A DNA stretch of 64,000 bases from an uncultured Bacteroidota bacterium (GCA_902777005.1 CACYSB010000003.1:10614-74613), one strand, 5' to 3'. Counted from the stretch's first letter, positions 34,620 through 43,562 are shown. Notes: generated by a model not told the origin, from the sequence alone. A program made the numbers and translations.

Positions 34620-34865
34620 GAAAGACATAGGCTTATCGAGAGTGGATAAGCCATATAATATTAACAAAGCATTACTATTATTTCGCGTGACCGAAAAACC
34701 CGGCAAAGTTTCACGGAGATAAACACGATTAATAATAGTGAGGTTCCGATTAGGAATCTGTAATATCATAGTAGAATGCTCGCTTTATGTGAGCTTCTTA
34801 GGATATTACAGGTCTCCTTGCCGGGTTGCCTGGGTCCGCGAATAAGAAGCTCTCTTCTTTTTCGC
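34620..34865 (+). ncRNA. highly structured leader or ncRNA of unknown class
   Basis: Hand-found helices: 34630-37/34645-52 (8 bp); 34674-82/34731-39 (9 bp) plus 34686-89/34724-27; 34758-67/34802-11 (10 bp) plus 34752-55/34815-18; 34774-83/34889-97-type inner hairpin at 34774-83/34789-97. A 10-bp pseudoknot pairs 34697-34706 with 34818-34827. The terminal hairpin is 34838-34865. Confidence 0.4.
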
Positions 34866-34898
34866 ACGATTGATAGCAATGCACAAAAGTTATCAATC

Positions 34899-35981
34899 AT
34901 GCCTGACAATGTAAATCTTCACGCAGCAATGCGTGCAAAAAAAGATGAGTTCTATACTCAACTTGTAGATATAGAAAACGAGCTGAAACACTACCGAGAA
35001 CACTTTCGGGGTAAGACGGTGCTATGCAACTGCGACGACCCTCGCGTCAGCAATTTCTTCCACTATTTTAGTTATAACTTTGAGCAGTTGGGTTTAAAGA
35101 AACTTATCACTACCTGCTACAAGAACCAAGAACGAGACCTATTTAGCCAGCATGATTCTGAACGTGCTATTTTGCTCGAATACACAGGCGACCACAACGG
35201 CAACCGTATACCTGATCCTGAAGAAATAGGCATCAATTATCTACAGGGCGATGGTGACTTCCGTTCCGCTGAATGTATAGAACTGCTAAAGCAGGCTGAC
35301 ATCATTGTCACGAACCCGCCATTCTCATTGTTCCGAGAATATGTTGCACAACTTATTGAATACAATAAAAGATTTGTCATTATTGGCAATCAGAATGCCA
35401 TAACAAATAAAGACTTCTTTCCTTTAATAAGAGACAATAAGGTATGGATGGGTGCAAGTATTCATAGCGGAGATAGAGAGTTTGGTGTACCCGACGATTA
35501 CCCACTTAATGCTGCAGGATGGAGGCAAGATGAAAAAGGCAATAAGTTTATTAGAGTAAAAGGTGTTCGTTGGTTCACAAATCTTGATTACAAAGAAAGA
35601 CATGAAGATTTAATACTTTACAAAAACTATTCTCTAGAAGAGTATCCAAAATACGACAACTATGATGCAATAAATGTCAATAAGACATCAGATATTCCAA
35701 TGGATTATTATGGTGCAATGGGAGTACCTATCACTTTTATGGACAAATATAACCCTGAGCAATTCGAAATCATCGGAATATGTGCCGGGAATAGCAGACT
35801 GAACAAGTTTTACGGAGATATTACATATACACCTCATCCCGAAGACAGAGGCGGTTGTGCAGTATTAAATGGACAGCGTGTATATAGCCGCATCCTTATC
35901 CGACGTCGACGCCGAACAATTCCCTATACCGTAGGCGATGAGAATCCACTGCCAATAGCTGCAGAAACAGATAATAATTAA
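34899..35981 (+). CDS. EcoRI-methylase-family N6-adenine DNA methyltransferase
   Basis: KKDEFYTQLVDIENEL...VLCNCDDPRVSNFFHYF...IIVTNPPFSLF (NPPF). Start at ATG 34899, because the track start at 34776 lies inside the structured leader. Confidence 0.8.
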   Translation: MPDNVNLHAAMRAKKDEFYTQLVDIENELKHYREHFRGKTVLCNCDDPRVSNFFHYFSYNFEQLGLKKLITTCYKNQERDLFSQHDSERAILLEYTGDHNGNRIPDPEEIGINYLQGDGDFRSAECIELLKQADIIVTNPPFSLFREYVAQLIEYNKRFVIIGNQNAITNKDFFPLIRDNKVWMGASIHSGDREFGVPDDYPLNAAGWRQDEKGNKFIRVKGVRWFTNLDYKERHEDLILYKNYSLEEYPKYDNYDAINVNKTSDIPMDYYGAMGVPITFMDKYNPEQFEIIGICAGNSRLNKFYGDITYTPHPEDRGGCAVLNGQRVYSRILIRRRRRTIPYTVGDENPLPIAAETDNN

Positions 35982-35985
35982 AACC

Positions 35986-37068
35986 ATGGAGATAAAACTA
36001 CACCAAATAAAGGTCCGCGACCTTGTGAAAGACTACTGCGACAATGCAGAAAACGGCGTCCGTGCCTATAGCGGACAACTCGACGTGCGCCCACCATACC
36101 AACGCGAGTTTGTATACAAAGACAAGCAACGCGACGCCGTGATTGAGACCCTCACGCAGGGATTTCCTCTCAATGTGATGTACTGGGCAGTGCGCGAAGA
36201 CGGCACCTATGAGATTATCGATGGCCAACAGCGCACCATCAGCATCTGCCAGTATGTGACGGGCGACTTTGCCTATATGTTTCGCTACTTCCACAACCTC
36301 GCCGACGACGAGCAGCAGCAGATACTCGATTACGAGTTGCAGGTGTATCTATGCTCTGGCACCGACAGCGAAAAGCTAAGGTGGTTCAAGACAATTAACA
36401 TCGCCGGCGAGGAATTGACCGACCAGGAACTGCGCAACGCCGTCTATGCAGGTAGCTGGCTGGCCGACGCCAAGCGTTACTTCAGCAAAGGCAATTGTGC
36501 CGCCTACAACATGGCCAGCAAGTATGTGAGCGGTGAGGTGAACCGTCAGGCTTACCTCGAGACTGCTATTCGCTGGATTAGTGAGGGTAACATAGAGACC
36601 TATATGGCAAAGCATCAGCACGACGCTGGCGCCGTGGCGCTATGGAACCACTTTAGCAATGTCATCAGTTGGGTAAAGGCCATATTCCCAAAATACCGCA
36701 AAGAGATGAAAGGTGTTGACTGGGGTACGCTGTACCGTCTACACCATGACAGAGATCTCGATGCACAGAAACTGGAGACTGAAGTAGGACGTCTCATGCA
36801 AGATAGCGACGTGCAGCGCAAACGTGGCATCTACGAGTATGTACTCGATTATGACGAGAGGCACCTCGACCTACGAGCTTTCGATGACAACACTAAAAGA
36901 GAAGTCTATGAACGGCAACTTGGTATTTGCCCTGTATGTGGAAAACATTTCGCCATCGAGCATATGGAGGCAGACCATATCACCCCATGGTGTCAAGGTG
37001 GCCGTACAACAGCTGATAACTGCCAAATGCTTTGCAAAGAGTGTAATAGACGCAAGTCGGGCAAATAG
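35986..37068 (+). CDS. DUF262 (ParB-like NTPase/nuclease) protein with C-terminal HNH endonuclease
   Basis: PPYQREFVY and IIDGQQRTISI are DUF262 motifs. CPVCG...ADHITPW...NCQMLCKECNRRKSG is the HNH domain. Confidence 0.8.
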   Translation: MEIKLHQIKVRDLVKDYCDNAENGVRAYSGQLDVRPPYQREFVYKDKQRDAVIETLTQGFPLNVMYWAVREDGTYEIIDGQQRTISICQYVTGDFAYMFRYFHNLADDEQQQILDYELQVYLCSGTDSEKLRWFKTINIAGEELTDQELRNAVYAGSWLADAKRYFSKGNCAAYNMASKYVSGEVNRQAYLETAIRWISEGNIETYMAKHQHDAGAVALWNHFSNVISWVKAIFPKYRKEMKGVDWGTLYRLHHDRDLDAQKLETEVGRLMQDSDVQRKRGIYEYVLDYDERHLDLRAFDDNTKREVYERQLGICPVCGKHFAIEHMEADHITPWCQGGRTTADNCQMLCKECNRRKSGK

Positions 37069-37138
37069 ACGATTGCCCGAAGTGTTAAAGTTTAGTTAAA
37101 AAAGGCTCTTCCGCCCGGAAGGGCCTTATATTATATAT

Positions 37139-37172
37139 GCGCCGCTTTTCTTGTGGGGAGGAAAAGCGGCGC
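37139..37172. terminator. bidirectional hairpin terminator
   Basis: Perfect 12-bp stem GCGCCGCTTTTC / GAAAAGCGGCGC with a 10-nt loop, between convergent genes. Confidence 0.6.
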
Positions 37173-37211
37173 GAGGGTTCTTTGAAATGCTGAGAAGATT
37201 GGTCAAATAAG

Positions 37212-38072
37212 TTATTGTGCACCGAAATGGGCTTTGAGCTGGTCGAGCTTGCGCTGCTTGCGGCGGTCCCAGATTTCGGTGATGAGCTTCTTGGTGCTGA
37301 GGGGGAAGTCGGACTTCATCATCCAGTCGTAGTAGGAGGGTTCCTGCTCAAAGACTTCGACGACGGTCTTGCCCTTGTGCTTGCCGAAGTTGAAGACCTC
37401 GCGGTGCTTGGCGTCGTAGCCTATGTGGCCCACGAGGTCGGCCCACTGGCTGTTGGCGGTGAAGCGGCTCAGGGCTGCGATGTCGTTGACGACGGGCTGG
37501 CTCACCTTGCCGGAGCGGTCCTTGTAGTCGACACCCTGGTAGCGGTCGAGCTGCGCCTTGAGGACCTCATAGGTGGCTATGGTGTCGGCTGCAGCGGAAT
37601 GGGCATTCTCGAGATCTTTCTGGCAGTAGAACTTGTAGGCGGCCACGAGGGTGCGCTGTTCCATCTGGTGGAAGATGTTCTGCACGTCGACGAGTCGGCG
37701 GCAGCGGAGGTCGAAGTCGATGCCTGCGCGGAGGAACTCCTCGACGAGCAGCGGCACGTCGAACTTGTTGCTGTTATATCCGGCGAGGTCGGCGTCGCCG
37801 ATGTACTCCAGCAGGCTGGGGGCCAGCTCGCGGAATGTGGGCTTGTCGGCCACGTCGGCGTCGGTGATGCCGTGCACGGCGGTGGTAACCTCGGGGATGT
37901 GGATGGTCTTGCCCTCGGCGTCGGCGGGGCGCACGCGCTCCACGCGGGTGTCGGTGGTGCCGTCTGGCATCACCTTGTGGAGGCATATCTCAACGATATG
38001 GTCGTGACCTACCTGCACGCCGGTGGTCTCAAGGTCAAAGAAGATTATGGGTTTGGTGAGGTTGAGCTCCAT
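37212..38072 (-). CDS. DnaQ-like 3'-5' exonuclease domain protein
   Basis: FFDLETTG is Exo I and HSAAADT is Exo III. Confidence 0.8.
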   Translation of the reverse strand: MELNLTKPIIFFDLETTGVQVGHDHIVEICLHKVMPDGTTDTRVERVRPADAEGKTIHIPEVTTAVHGITDADVADKPTFRELAPSLLEYIGDADLAGYNSNKFDVPLLVEEFLRAGIDFDLRCRRLVDVQNIFHQMEQRTLVAAYKFYCQKDLENAHSAAADTIATYEVLKAQLDRYQGVDYKDRSGKVSQPVVNDIAALSRFTANSQWADLVGHIGYDAKHREVFNFGKHKGKTVVEVFEQEPSYYDWMMKSDFPLSTKKLITEIWDRRKQRKLDQLKAHFGAQ

Positions 38073-38079
38073 TGGGTGT

Positions 38080-38901
38080 TCAGTTTAGTTTGTTTATCGT
38101 CTGGCGGATGGCCACAAGGTGTTCCAGCAGTCCTTCGGCAATGTCGAGGCGTAGCATGTTGGCGCCGTCGCTTTTGGCGCGAGCCGGGTCGGGGTGTGTC
38201 TCCATAAAGATGCCGTCGGCACCCACAGCGATAGCGGCGCGGGCGATGGTCTCTATCATGTCGGGGCGGCCGCCGGTGACGCCGCAGCCCTGGTTTGGCT
38301 GCTGCAGTGAGTGGGTGATGTCGACAACCACAGGTACAGAGTTCTTCTGCATAGTGGGCACGCCACGGAAGTCGACCACAAGGTCCTGATAGCCGAAGGT
38401 GGTGCCGCGCTCGGTGAGCATGAAGTTGTTGCTGCCGAATGCACGCATCTTGCCAGCCACCTGCTCCATAGCCTCGGGCGAAAGGAACTGCCCCTTCTTG
38501 ACGTTGACGCAACGTCCGGTCTCGGCGGCGGCCTTCAGCAGTTCCGTCTGACGGCACAGGAAGGCGGGTATCTGCAGCACATCGGCATAGTCGGCCGCCA
38601 AGCGAGCCTCTTCGTTGGTATGTATATCGGTTACAATGGGCACGCCGTATTTCTCCCCCACCTCGCGCAGCACACGTAGCGCCTCAAGGTCGCCGATGCC
38701 AGTGAAAGAGTTTACGGATGTGCGGTTGGCCTTGCGGTAGCTGGCCTTGAAGAGGAACGGTATCTGTAGGCGGTCGGTTATTTCCTTAAGCCGCTGGCAC
38801 ACCACGAAGGGGTTCTCGTGGTCCTCTACAACACAAGGACCGGCAATTAGGAAGAAATTGCCGGTCTCTGTGTAGTTTATGTTCTTTATTTTCGGATACA
38901 T
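38080..38901 (-). CDS. kdsA: 3-deoxy-8-phosphooctulonate synthase
   Basis: FLIAGPCVVE, FKASYRKANRTS and DITHSLQ motifs. Confidence 0.9.
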   Translation of the reverse strand: MYPKIKNINYTETGNFFLIAGPCVVEDHENPFVVCQRLKEITDRLQIPFLFKASYRKANRTSVNSFTGIGDLEALRVLREVGEKYGVPIVTDIHTNEEARLAADYADVLQIPAFLCRQTELLKAAAETGRCVNVKKGQFLSPEAMEQVAGKMRAFGSNNFMLTERGTTFGYQDLVVDFRGVPTMQKNSVPVVVDITHSLQQPNQGCGVTGGRPDMIETIARAAIAVGADGIFMETHPDPARAKSDGANMLRLDIAEGLLEHLVAIRQTINKLN

Positions 38902-39353
38902 TAGTATGACATTTCGTCGTTGCTGCTGTAGTCGTCGGGCTCGGCATCACCGTCGCCACGCATCTGACGGCGCTCAGCAGAACGCTGCAGGCTGATGATG
39001 AGGGCGCCAAGCATGCGTGTGAGCTCCATGAGGAGTTCGCGCGACTGCTCCTTCTGCTCGGGCGTGAACATACCGAGGTTGGCTGCCACTTCGGTATACA
39101 CGACACACTCACGGATGGCCGTTTTGGCTATCTTCAAGTAGTGGTCGAACTGGCTTTTGCTGCGGCTGGAGCCCTCGGCTATGTTGAGGGCGATGTCGTA
39201 GGCCGAGTGGCAGAAAGCGCCCACGAGGGACTTGTGCTTTTCGTCGCCAGCGACATTGGCGGTCACCCAAGTGGCGTAGTCAGTAGCTTTGGCATAGACG
39301 CGCAGGTCTTCGAAGCGGAAAAAGCTGACGGTCTTTTCTTCTTGCTGTTCCAT
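38901..39353 (-). CDS. four-helix-bundle protein (23S rRNA intervening-sequence-type)
   Basis: FEDLRVYAKA...IALNIAEGSSRSKSQFDHYLKIAKTAIRE. Its stop overlaps the kdsA start by 1 nt. Confidence 0.7.
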   Translation of the reverse strand: MEQQEEKTVSFFRFEDLRVYAKATDYATWVTANVAGDEKHKSLVGAFCHSAYDIALNIAEGSSRSKSQFDHYLKIAKTAIRECVVYTEVAANLGMFTPEQKEQSRELLMELTRMLGALIISLQRSAERRQMRGDGDAEPDDYSSNDEMSY

Positions 39354-39393
39354 TGTAAGTAATGTTTAATGGTTTATGGTTTATGAATTAGAC

Positions 39394-40377
39394 TTATGAT
39401 ATTTCGGCAAAATATTTCATAAACTGGGTACGCATGGCGACGGAAGCCTTGTCGGTGGGCTGCACGGCCAGCTTGCCACGGAAGGCGGCGATGTTTTCGT
39501 ATCCCTTTTTCTGCATCCATGCCTGCAAGCCTGCGTTGAGTTCCTTGAGGGTATCGATGCCGTTCTTATATAGGCAGCTCACCACCTGCACGCTGCTGGC
39601 TCCGGCGAGGAGCATCTTCACCACATCGTCGGCGGTGTAGACACCCGTGGAGGCTGATATGTCGCAGCGCATCTTCTTGCTCATCAGAGCCACCCAGCGG
39701 AGCGTTTTGTACATATCCTCATGGGTTGACAGGTAACTGGCGTTCTTCATAGTCTCACTATCGGTGTCTATATCCACCTCGACACTCTTATTGAACATGG
39801 TGACACCCTGTATACCCATCCAGCTTATCTGCTGGAGTGTTTTGGCCATGTCGGTGAAGTAAGTGCCCAACTTGATACTGATAGGTATGGTGATAGACTT
39901 GCGCAACGTATTGATAATCTGCGTATAGGTACGCTCGATATCATCGGCGGAGAGGTTGGTCTCATAGGGCAGAATAGCCATATTGAGTTCCAGCGCGTCA
40001 CAGCCGGAATCCTGGAAACGCTTGGCATAGTTGAGCCAGTTCTCATAAGAGAAGCAGTTGATGCTGCCAATCACGGGGATGGTCAGCTTGCGCTTGGCTT
40101 CACGGATCATGCCGAAGTGCTTCTCCAGCGAGTCGTCGGCCACATGCATGGCTATGTACTCGTAACTTACACCGTAGTTGTCGGTGGGGGCAAACATGTG
40201 GGTGTTGCGCTTTATGTCGTGGATAATTTGCTCCTCGAAGACCGACTTCAGCACCACGGCGCCGGCACCAGCCTGTTCCATCTGCACCATTTTGTCGACA
40301 TCAGCGGTCAGTCCGCAGCTTCCCACCACGATGGGGCTCTTCAATTCAAGACCCAAATATTTGGTTTTTGTATCCAT
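39394..40377 (-). CDS. dihydroorotate dehydrogenase-like protein
   Basis: YLGLELKSPIVVGSCGLT...AGAGAVVLKSVFEEQ. A minus-strand TACTTTTG box lies at about 40412-40419. Confidence 0.8.
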   Translation of the reverse strand: MDTKTKYLGLELKSPIVVGSCGLTADVDKMVQMEQAGAGAVVLKSVFEEQIIHDIKRNTHMFAPTDNYGVSYEYIAMHVADDSLEKHFGMIREAKRKLTIPVIGSINCFSYENWLNYAKRFQDSGCDALELNMAILPYETNLSADDIERTYTQIINTLRKSITIPISIKLGTYFTDMAKTLQQISWMGIQGVTMFNKSVEVDIDTDSETMKNASYLSTHEDMYKTLRWVALMSKKMRCDISASTGVYTADDVVKMLLAGASSVQVVSCLYKNGIDTLKELNAGLQAWMQKKGYENIAAFRGKLAVQPTDKASVAMRTQFMKYFAEIS

Positions 40378-40511
40378 AATTGTTCGATTTTTTTCCTATC
40401 AATAATCTTTGCAAAAGTATGTAAAATATATTTATAAAAAAAATATTTCTTTCCATTTTTTAATATTTATTTCATACACCACTGATAATCAGCGCACACA
40501 AAAATCATCAC

Positions 40512-40546
40512 AACCTGTAACCTGTAACCTGTAACCTGTAACCTTT
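40512..40546 (+). repeat. heptanucleotide tandem array (AACCTGT x4, then AACCTTT)
   Basis: Read directly. Lies between divergent promoters. Confidence 0.95.
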
Positions 40547-40622
40547 CACTTTTTTCACTTCCATTTCATAAAAAAGTTGTATTTTTGCACTCGTTTTTAA
40601 AGAAGAAAATAAAGATTCAGAT

Positions 40623-41297
40623 ATGGAAAAACAGATTGAAGAAAAGAACACCGAGATGGGCAGCGTAATCACCCGCTCGGAGGAATTCATCCAGAAGAAC
40701 CAGAAGACCATCATCATTTGCGTGGTGGCAGTTCTCATTGTCGTGCTCGCCATCTTTGGCCTGCGCAAGTGGTACTTCCAACCCCGCGAGGTACGCGCCG
40801 CAGAGGAGATGTTCGCCGCCGAGCAGTGGTTCGCCCAGGGCGACTACGAGAAAGCCCTCAACGGCGACGACACCTTCCGTGGTTTCCTTGGTGTCATCGA
40901 CAGCTACAGCTGCACCAAGGCTGGCAACCTGGCCAAGTACTATGCCGGTATGGCCAACCTGCGCATGGGCAACTATGACGAGGCCGCCAAATGGCTCGGC
41001 AAGTACAGCGGCAAGGATCTCTTTACCGCTCCCCTCGCCGTTATGGCCGAGGGCGATGCTGAGATAGAACTCGGCAACACTGAGAAAGCAGTGAACCTCT
41101 ACCTCAAAGCCGCCAAGATGAACGACAACTACATCACCTCGCCCTCCGCTTGGTTCAAAGCAGGTCTGGTTTATCTGACCATGGGTAACAACAGCAAAGC
41201 CCTCGACTGCTTCAAGAACGTCAAGCAGAACTACCCTGAAGCCACCGAGTGGCAGGATATTGACAAGTATATCGCCCTTGCCGAAGCTGCTGAATAA
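40623..41297 (+). CDS. membrane-anchored TPR-like protein
   Basis: N-terminal TM segment. A TATTTTTG box lies at about 40573-40580. Confidence 0.6.
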   Translation: MEKQIEEKNTEMGSVITRSEEFIQKNQKTIIICVVAVLIVVLAIFGLRKWYFQPREVRAAEEMFAAEQWFAQGDYEKALNGDDTFRGFLGVIDSYSCTKAGNLAKYYAGMANLRMGNYDEAAKWLGKYSGKDLFTAPLAVMAEGDAEIELGNTEKAVNLYLKAAKMNDNYITSPSAWFKAGLVYLTMGNNSKALDCFKNVKQNYPEATEWQDIDKYIALAEAAE

Positions 41298-41312
41298 GCG
41301 CGAATATACGAC

Positions 41313-41346
41313 AAAAAAAAGCCTCCGCGATGCGGAGGCTTTTTTT
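41313..41346. terminator. bidirectional intrinsic terminator
   Basis: A8-GCCTCCGC-gat-GCGGAGGC-T7, between convergent genes. Confidence 0.8.
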
Positions 41347-41360
41347 GTTTATCGTCGGTG

Positions 41361-42041
41361 TCAACCCAGCATCTTCTCTAGGGCGGCAACCATATTCTCG
41401 GCACCGGCAAAAATCTCGCTGATGCGTGAAGCTGCCATGTAGGCTGGAGTGGTGAGTACTTTGCGCTCATCGTCTACACAGACGTCGGTAGGGCCACAGG
41501 CCTTCACCTTGCAGCCGAACCCCTTGGCCACCTGCGACGCCTGGTTGTCGTCGGGGCCCAAGGTCAGCTCCACCTCATAACGTCCCAGCACCTTGGCCAG
41601 CACCATGGGGGCTATGCACATAGCAAGCACCGGCTTCTCGGCGCGGAAAGTGGCGAGGATGGCATCCTGCACACTGTCTATGACCTCCATGCGAGGGCCG
41701 TCGAAGGCGAAGGTGCTCAAGTTGCGAGCTGCACCCATACCGCCTGGCAGCGCCAACGCGTCGTAGTCGGCGGGGCTGTACTGCTCCAACGGCAGCAGGT
41801 TGCCACGGGCTATGCGCGCACTCTCCACGAAAATGTCGCGCTGCTCCATGTCCAGCACCGTCCCCTCTTCCTCGTCGTCCTGCACGTCGATGTGGGGCAC
41901 CACCTCGAACATGCCTTCCGGCGCGAAGCACTGGTACTGCCAACCACGGCGGTCGATAGCGAGCAGGAGAGACAAGCTCTCCTGCAACTCGCTACCGTCG
42001 CGGTTTCCGCAGCCACTCAATATAACTGCTATTTTCTTCAT
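41361..42041 (-). CDS. elbB: DJ-1/PfpI-family protein (ElbB-like)
   Basis: MKKIAVILSGCGNRDGSELQES... is an ElbB-type N-terminus. Confidence 0.75.
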   Translation of the reverse strand: MKKIAVILSGCGNRDGSELQESLSLLLAIDRRGWQYQCFAPEGMFEVVPHIDVQDDEEEGTVLDMEQRDIFVESARIARGNLLPLEQYSPADYDALALPGGMGAARNLSTFAFDGPRMEVIDSVQDAILATFRAEKPVLAMCIAPMVLAKVLGRYEVELTLGPDDNQASQVAKGFGCKVKACGPTDVCVDDERKVLTTPAYMAASRISEIFAGAENMVAALEKMLG

Positions 42042-42042
42042 A

Positions 42043-43248
42043 TTACTTGTTGAAAGCGTCCACGCTCTCTTTAATGAGCTGGAAAGTAGCCTCGATGTCG
42101 TTGTCCAGACCCATGCTGAAGCGGATGAGGCCTTCGCTCATACCCATCTCCTTCTGGATGTCCTCAGGAACCTCGCTCGACGTGCTCTTGCCGCTGTTGC
42201 TGAAGAGGGTCTTGAAGTAGCCAAGGCTGACGGCCAGGTAGCCGACACCCTTCTGCTGCATCAGCTCCATGATCTTGCTGGCGCGGTCGGCAGTGCCCAT
42301 GTCGATGCTGATCATGCCGCCGAAGCCATAACCCTCGTTCATCATGCTGCAGAACAACTCGTAGTCAGGATGCTCGGGCAGACCGGGGTAGTTGTATTTG
42401 AAGCCAACCTCTTTGAAGCGTTTGGCCAAGTACATGGCGTTCTCGCCGTGCTTCTTCATGCGGATGTGGAGCGTATGGAGATTCTTGTTGATGGAGGCGC
42501 TGCGCATGGGATCCAGGACGGGGCCGAGGAGCATGCAGGTACCGTTGTTGACATCAATCAGGCTGTTGATGTACTCGGCGCTGCCGCAGATGGCACCGGC
42601 CACGCAGTCGTTAGTACCGTTGATGTACTTGGTCATTGAGTAGACAGTGACGTCGGCACCCAGACGGCAGGGGCTGAAAATCATCGGGGTGAAGGTGTTG
42701 TCGACGATGAGTTTGGCACCGGCGGCATGGGCCATCTTGCTCAGCTCGGGAATATTGGCGATGCGGAGCAGAGGATTGTTCATGGTCTCGGTGTAGACAA
42801 CTTTGGTATTGGGATGCTCGGCGAGAGCCTTCTTAACGGCGTCAAGGTTCTGCATGTTCACAAAGGTAGTGTTCACGTTGAACTTCTTGAGGTAGTTGGC
42901 CATGAAGGCGAAGGTGCCACCATAGGTGGTCATGCTGGCCACGATGTGGTCGCCGGCGTTGACTTCGTGCAGCAAGGCGCTGGTGATGGCGGCAAGGCCG
43001 GAACCAGTGACCCAAGCCATCTCGGTGCCTTCCATTGCTGCGAGGCGCTGGCAGAGGGCGAGGTTGGAGGGGTTCCAGTGGCGGCTGTAGAGGAAGTAAC
43101 CCTCGGTCTCACCGTGGAAAGTCTCGGTCATGAGGTGTGCCTCGGGGAAGGTGAATGTGGCGCTGTCGCAGATTGCGGGGTTAACGCCACGGTTGGCATC
43201 GCGGCCATCAATACGCTGAATAGCGGTTGCGGGATCAAATTTGCTCAT
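42043..43248 (-). CDS. Cys/Met-metabolism PLP-dependent enzyme (gamma-lyase/synthase family)
   Basis: SMTKYINGT contains the PLP lysine. The fold-type I trans-sulfuration family pattern is present. The exact reaction is not assignable. Confidence 0.8.
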   Translation of the reverse strand: MSKFDPATAIQRIDGRDANRGVNPAICDSATFTFPEAHLMTETFHGETEGYFLYSRHWNPSNLALCQRLAAMEGTEMAWVTGSGLAAITSALLHEVNAGDHIVASMTTYGGTFAFMANYLKKFNVNTTFVNMQNLDAVKKALAEHPNTKVVYTETMNNPLLRIANIPELSKMAHAAGAKLIVDNTFTPMIFSPCRLGADVTVYSMTKYINGTNDCVAGAICGSAEYINSLIDVNNGTCMLLGPVLDPMRSASINKNLHTLHIRMKKHGENAMYLAKRFKEVGFKYNYPGLPEHPDYELFCSMMNEGYGFGGMISIDMGTADRASKIMELMQQKGVGYLAVSLGYFKTLFSNSGKSTSSEVPEDIQKEMGMSEGLIRFSMGLDNDIEATFQLIKESVDAFNK

Positions 43249-43340
43249 GTTTGTCTGTTATTTAGTTTTTTTACTTATTAAAATTTGGAACTGCAAAAAT
43301 ACAACATATTTTCGACATGACAAAAAAAATGTTTTATCGC

Positions 43341-43481
43341 CTCCCCGACAATTCTACGACACCCCTCACTATCCTCTACGACTGTTCTACGGTTGTTTAC
43401 CGCCTGTTCGCCGGTTTATTACGTTAAACAACCGGTGAACAAGCGGAGAACAGGCGGAGAGGAGTCGGAGAGATAGCGGAG
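43341..43481 (+). repeat. CTCCG/CGGAG palindromic element, copy 3
   Basis: Shares CGACTGTTCTACGGTTGTTTA with copy 2 (about 22 nt identical). The right half is AACCGGTGAACAAGCGGAGAACAGGCGGAGAGGAGTCGGAGAG. Confidence 0.7.
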
Positions 43482-43554
43482 TGCCACTGGCGCTCCTGTG
43501 GAGAGACTCTGTTTTAAAAATATTCTTTTTTATGCTTTTTGCGAAATTATTTGT

Positions 43555-43562
43555 ATATTTGC
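43555..43562 (+). promoter_or_regulatory. -7 promoter box (TATATTTG) for the RND operon
   Basis: TAnnTTTG match 38 nt upstream of the ATG at 43600. Confidence 0.5.

Noticed and set aside
34620-34865. SAM-I riboswitch or SRP/4.5S RNA identity for the structured leader
   Set aside because: Only short local matches exist (GGCUUAUCGAGAG, AAACCCGGCAA, GGUCCGCGAAUAAGAAGC). The SAM-I P2/K-turn and J3/4 core and the SRP domain IV loops are not recognisable by eye. It is left as unknown class pending a covariance-model scan.
34776-34898. N-terminal 41-codon extension of the methyltransferase ORF
   Set aside because: It overlaps the strongest RNA helices. The homology-like sequence (MPDNVNLHAAMRAKKDEFYTQ) begins at the ATG at 34899.
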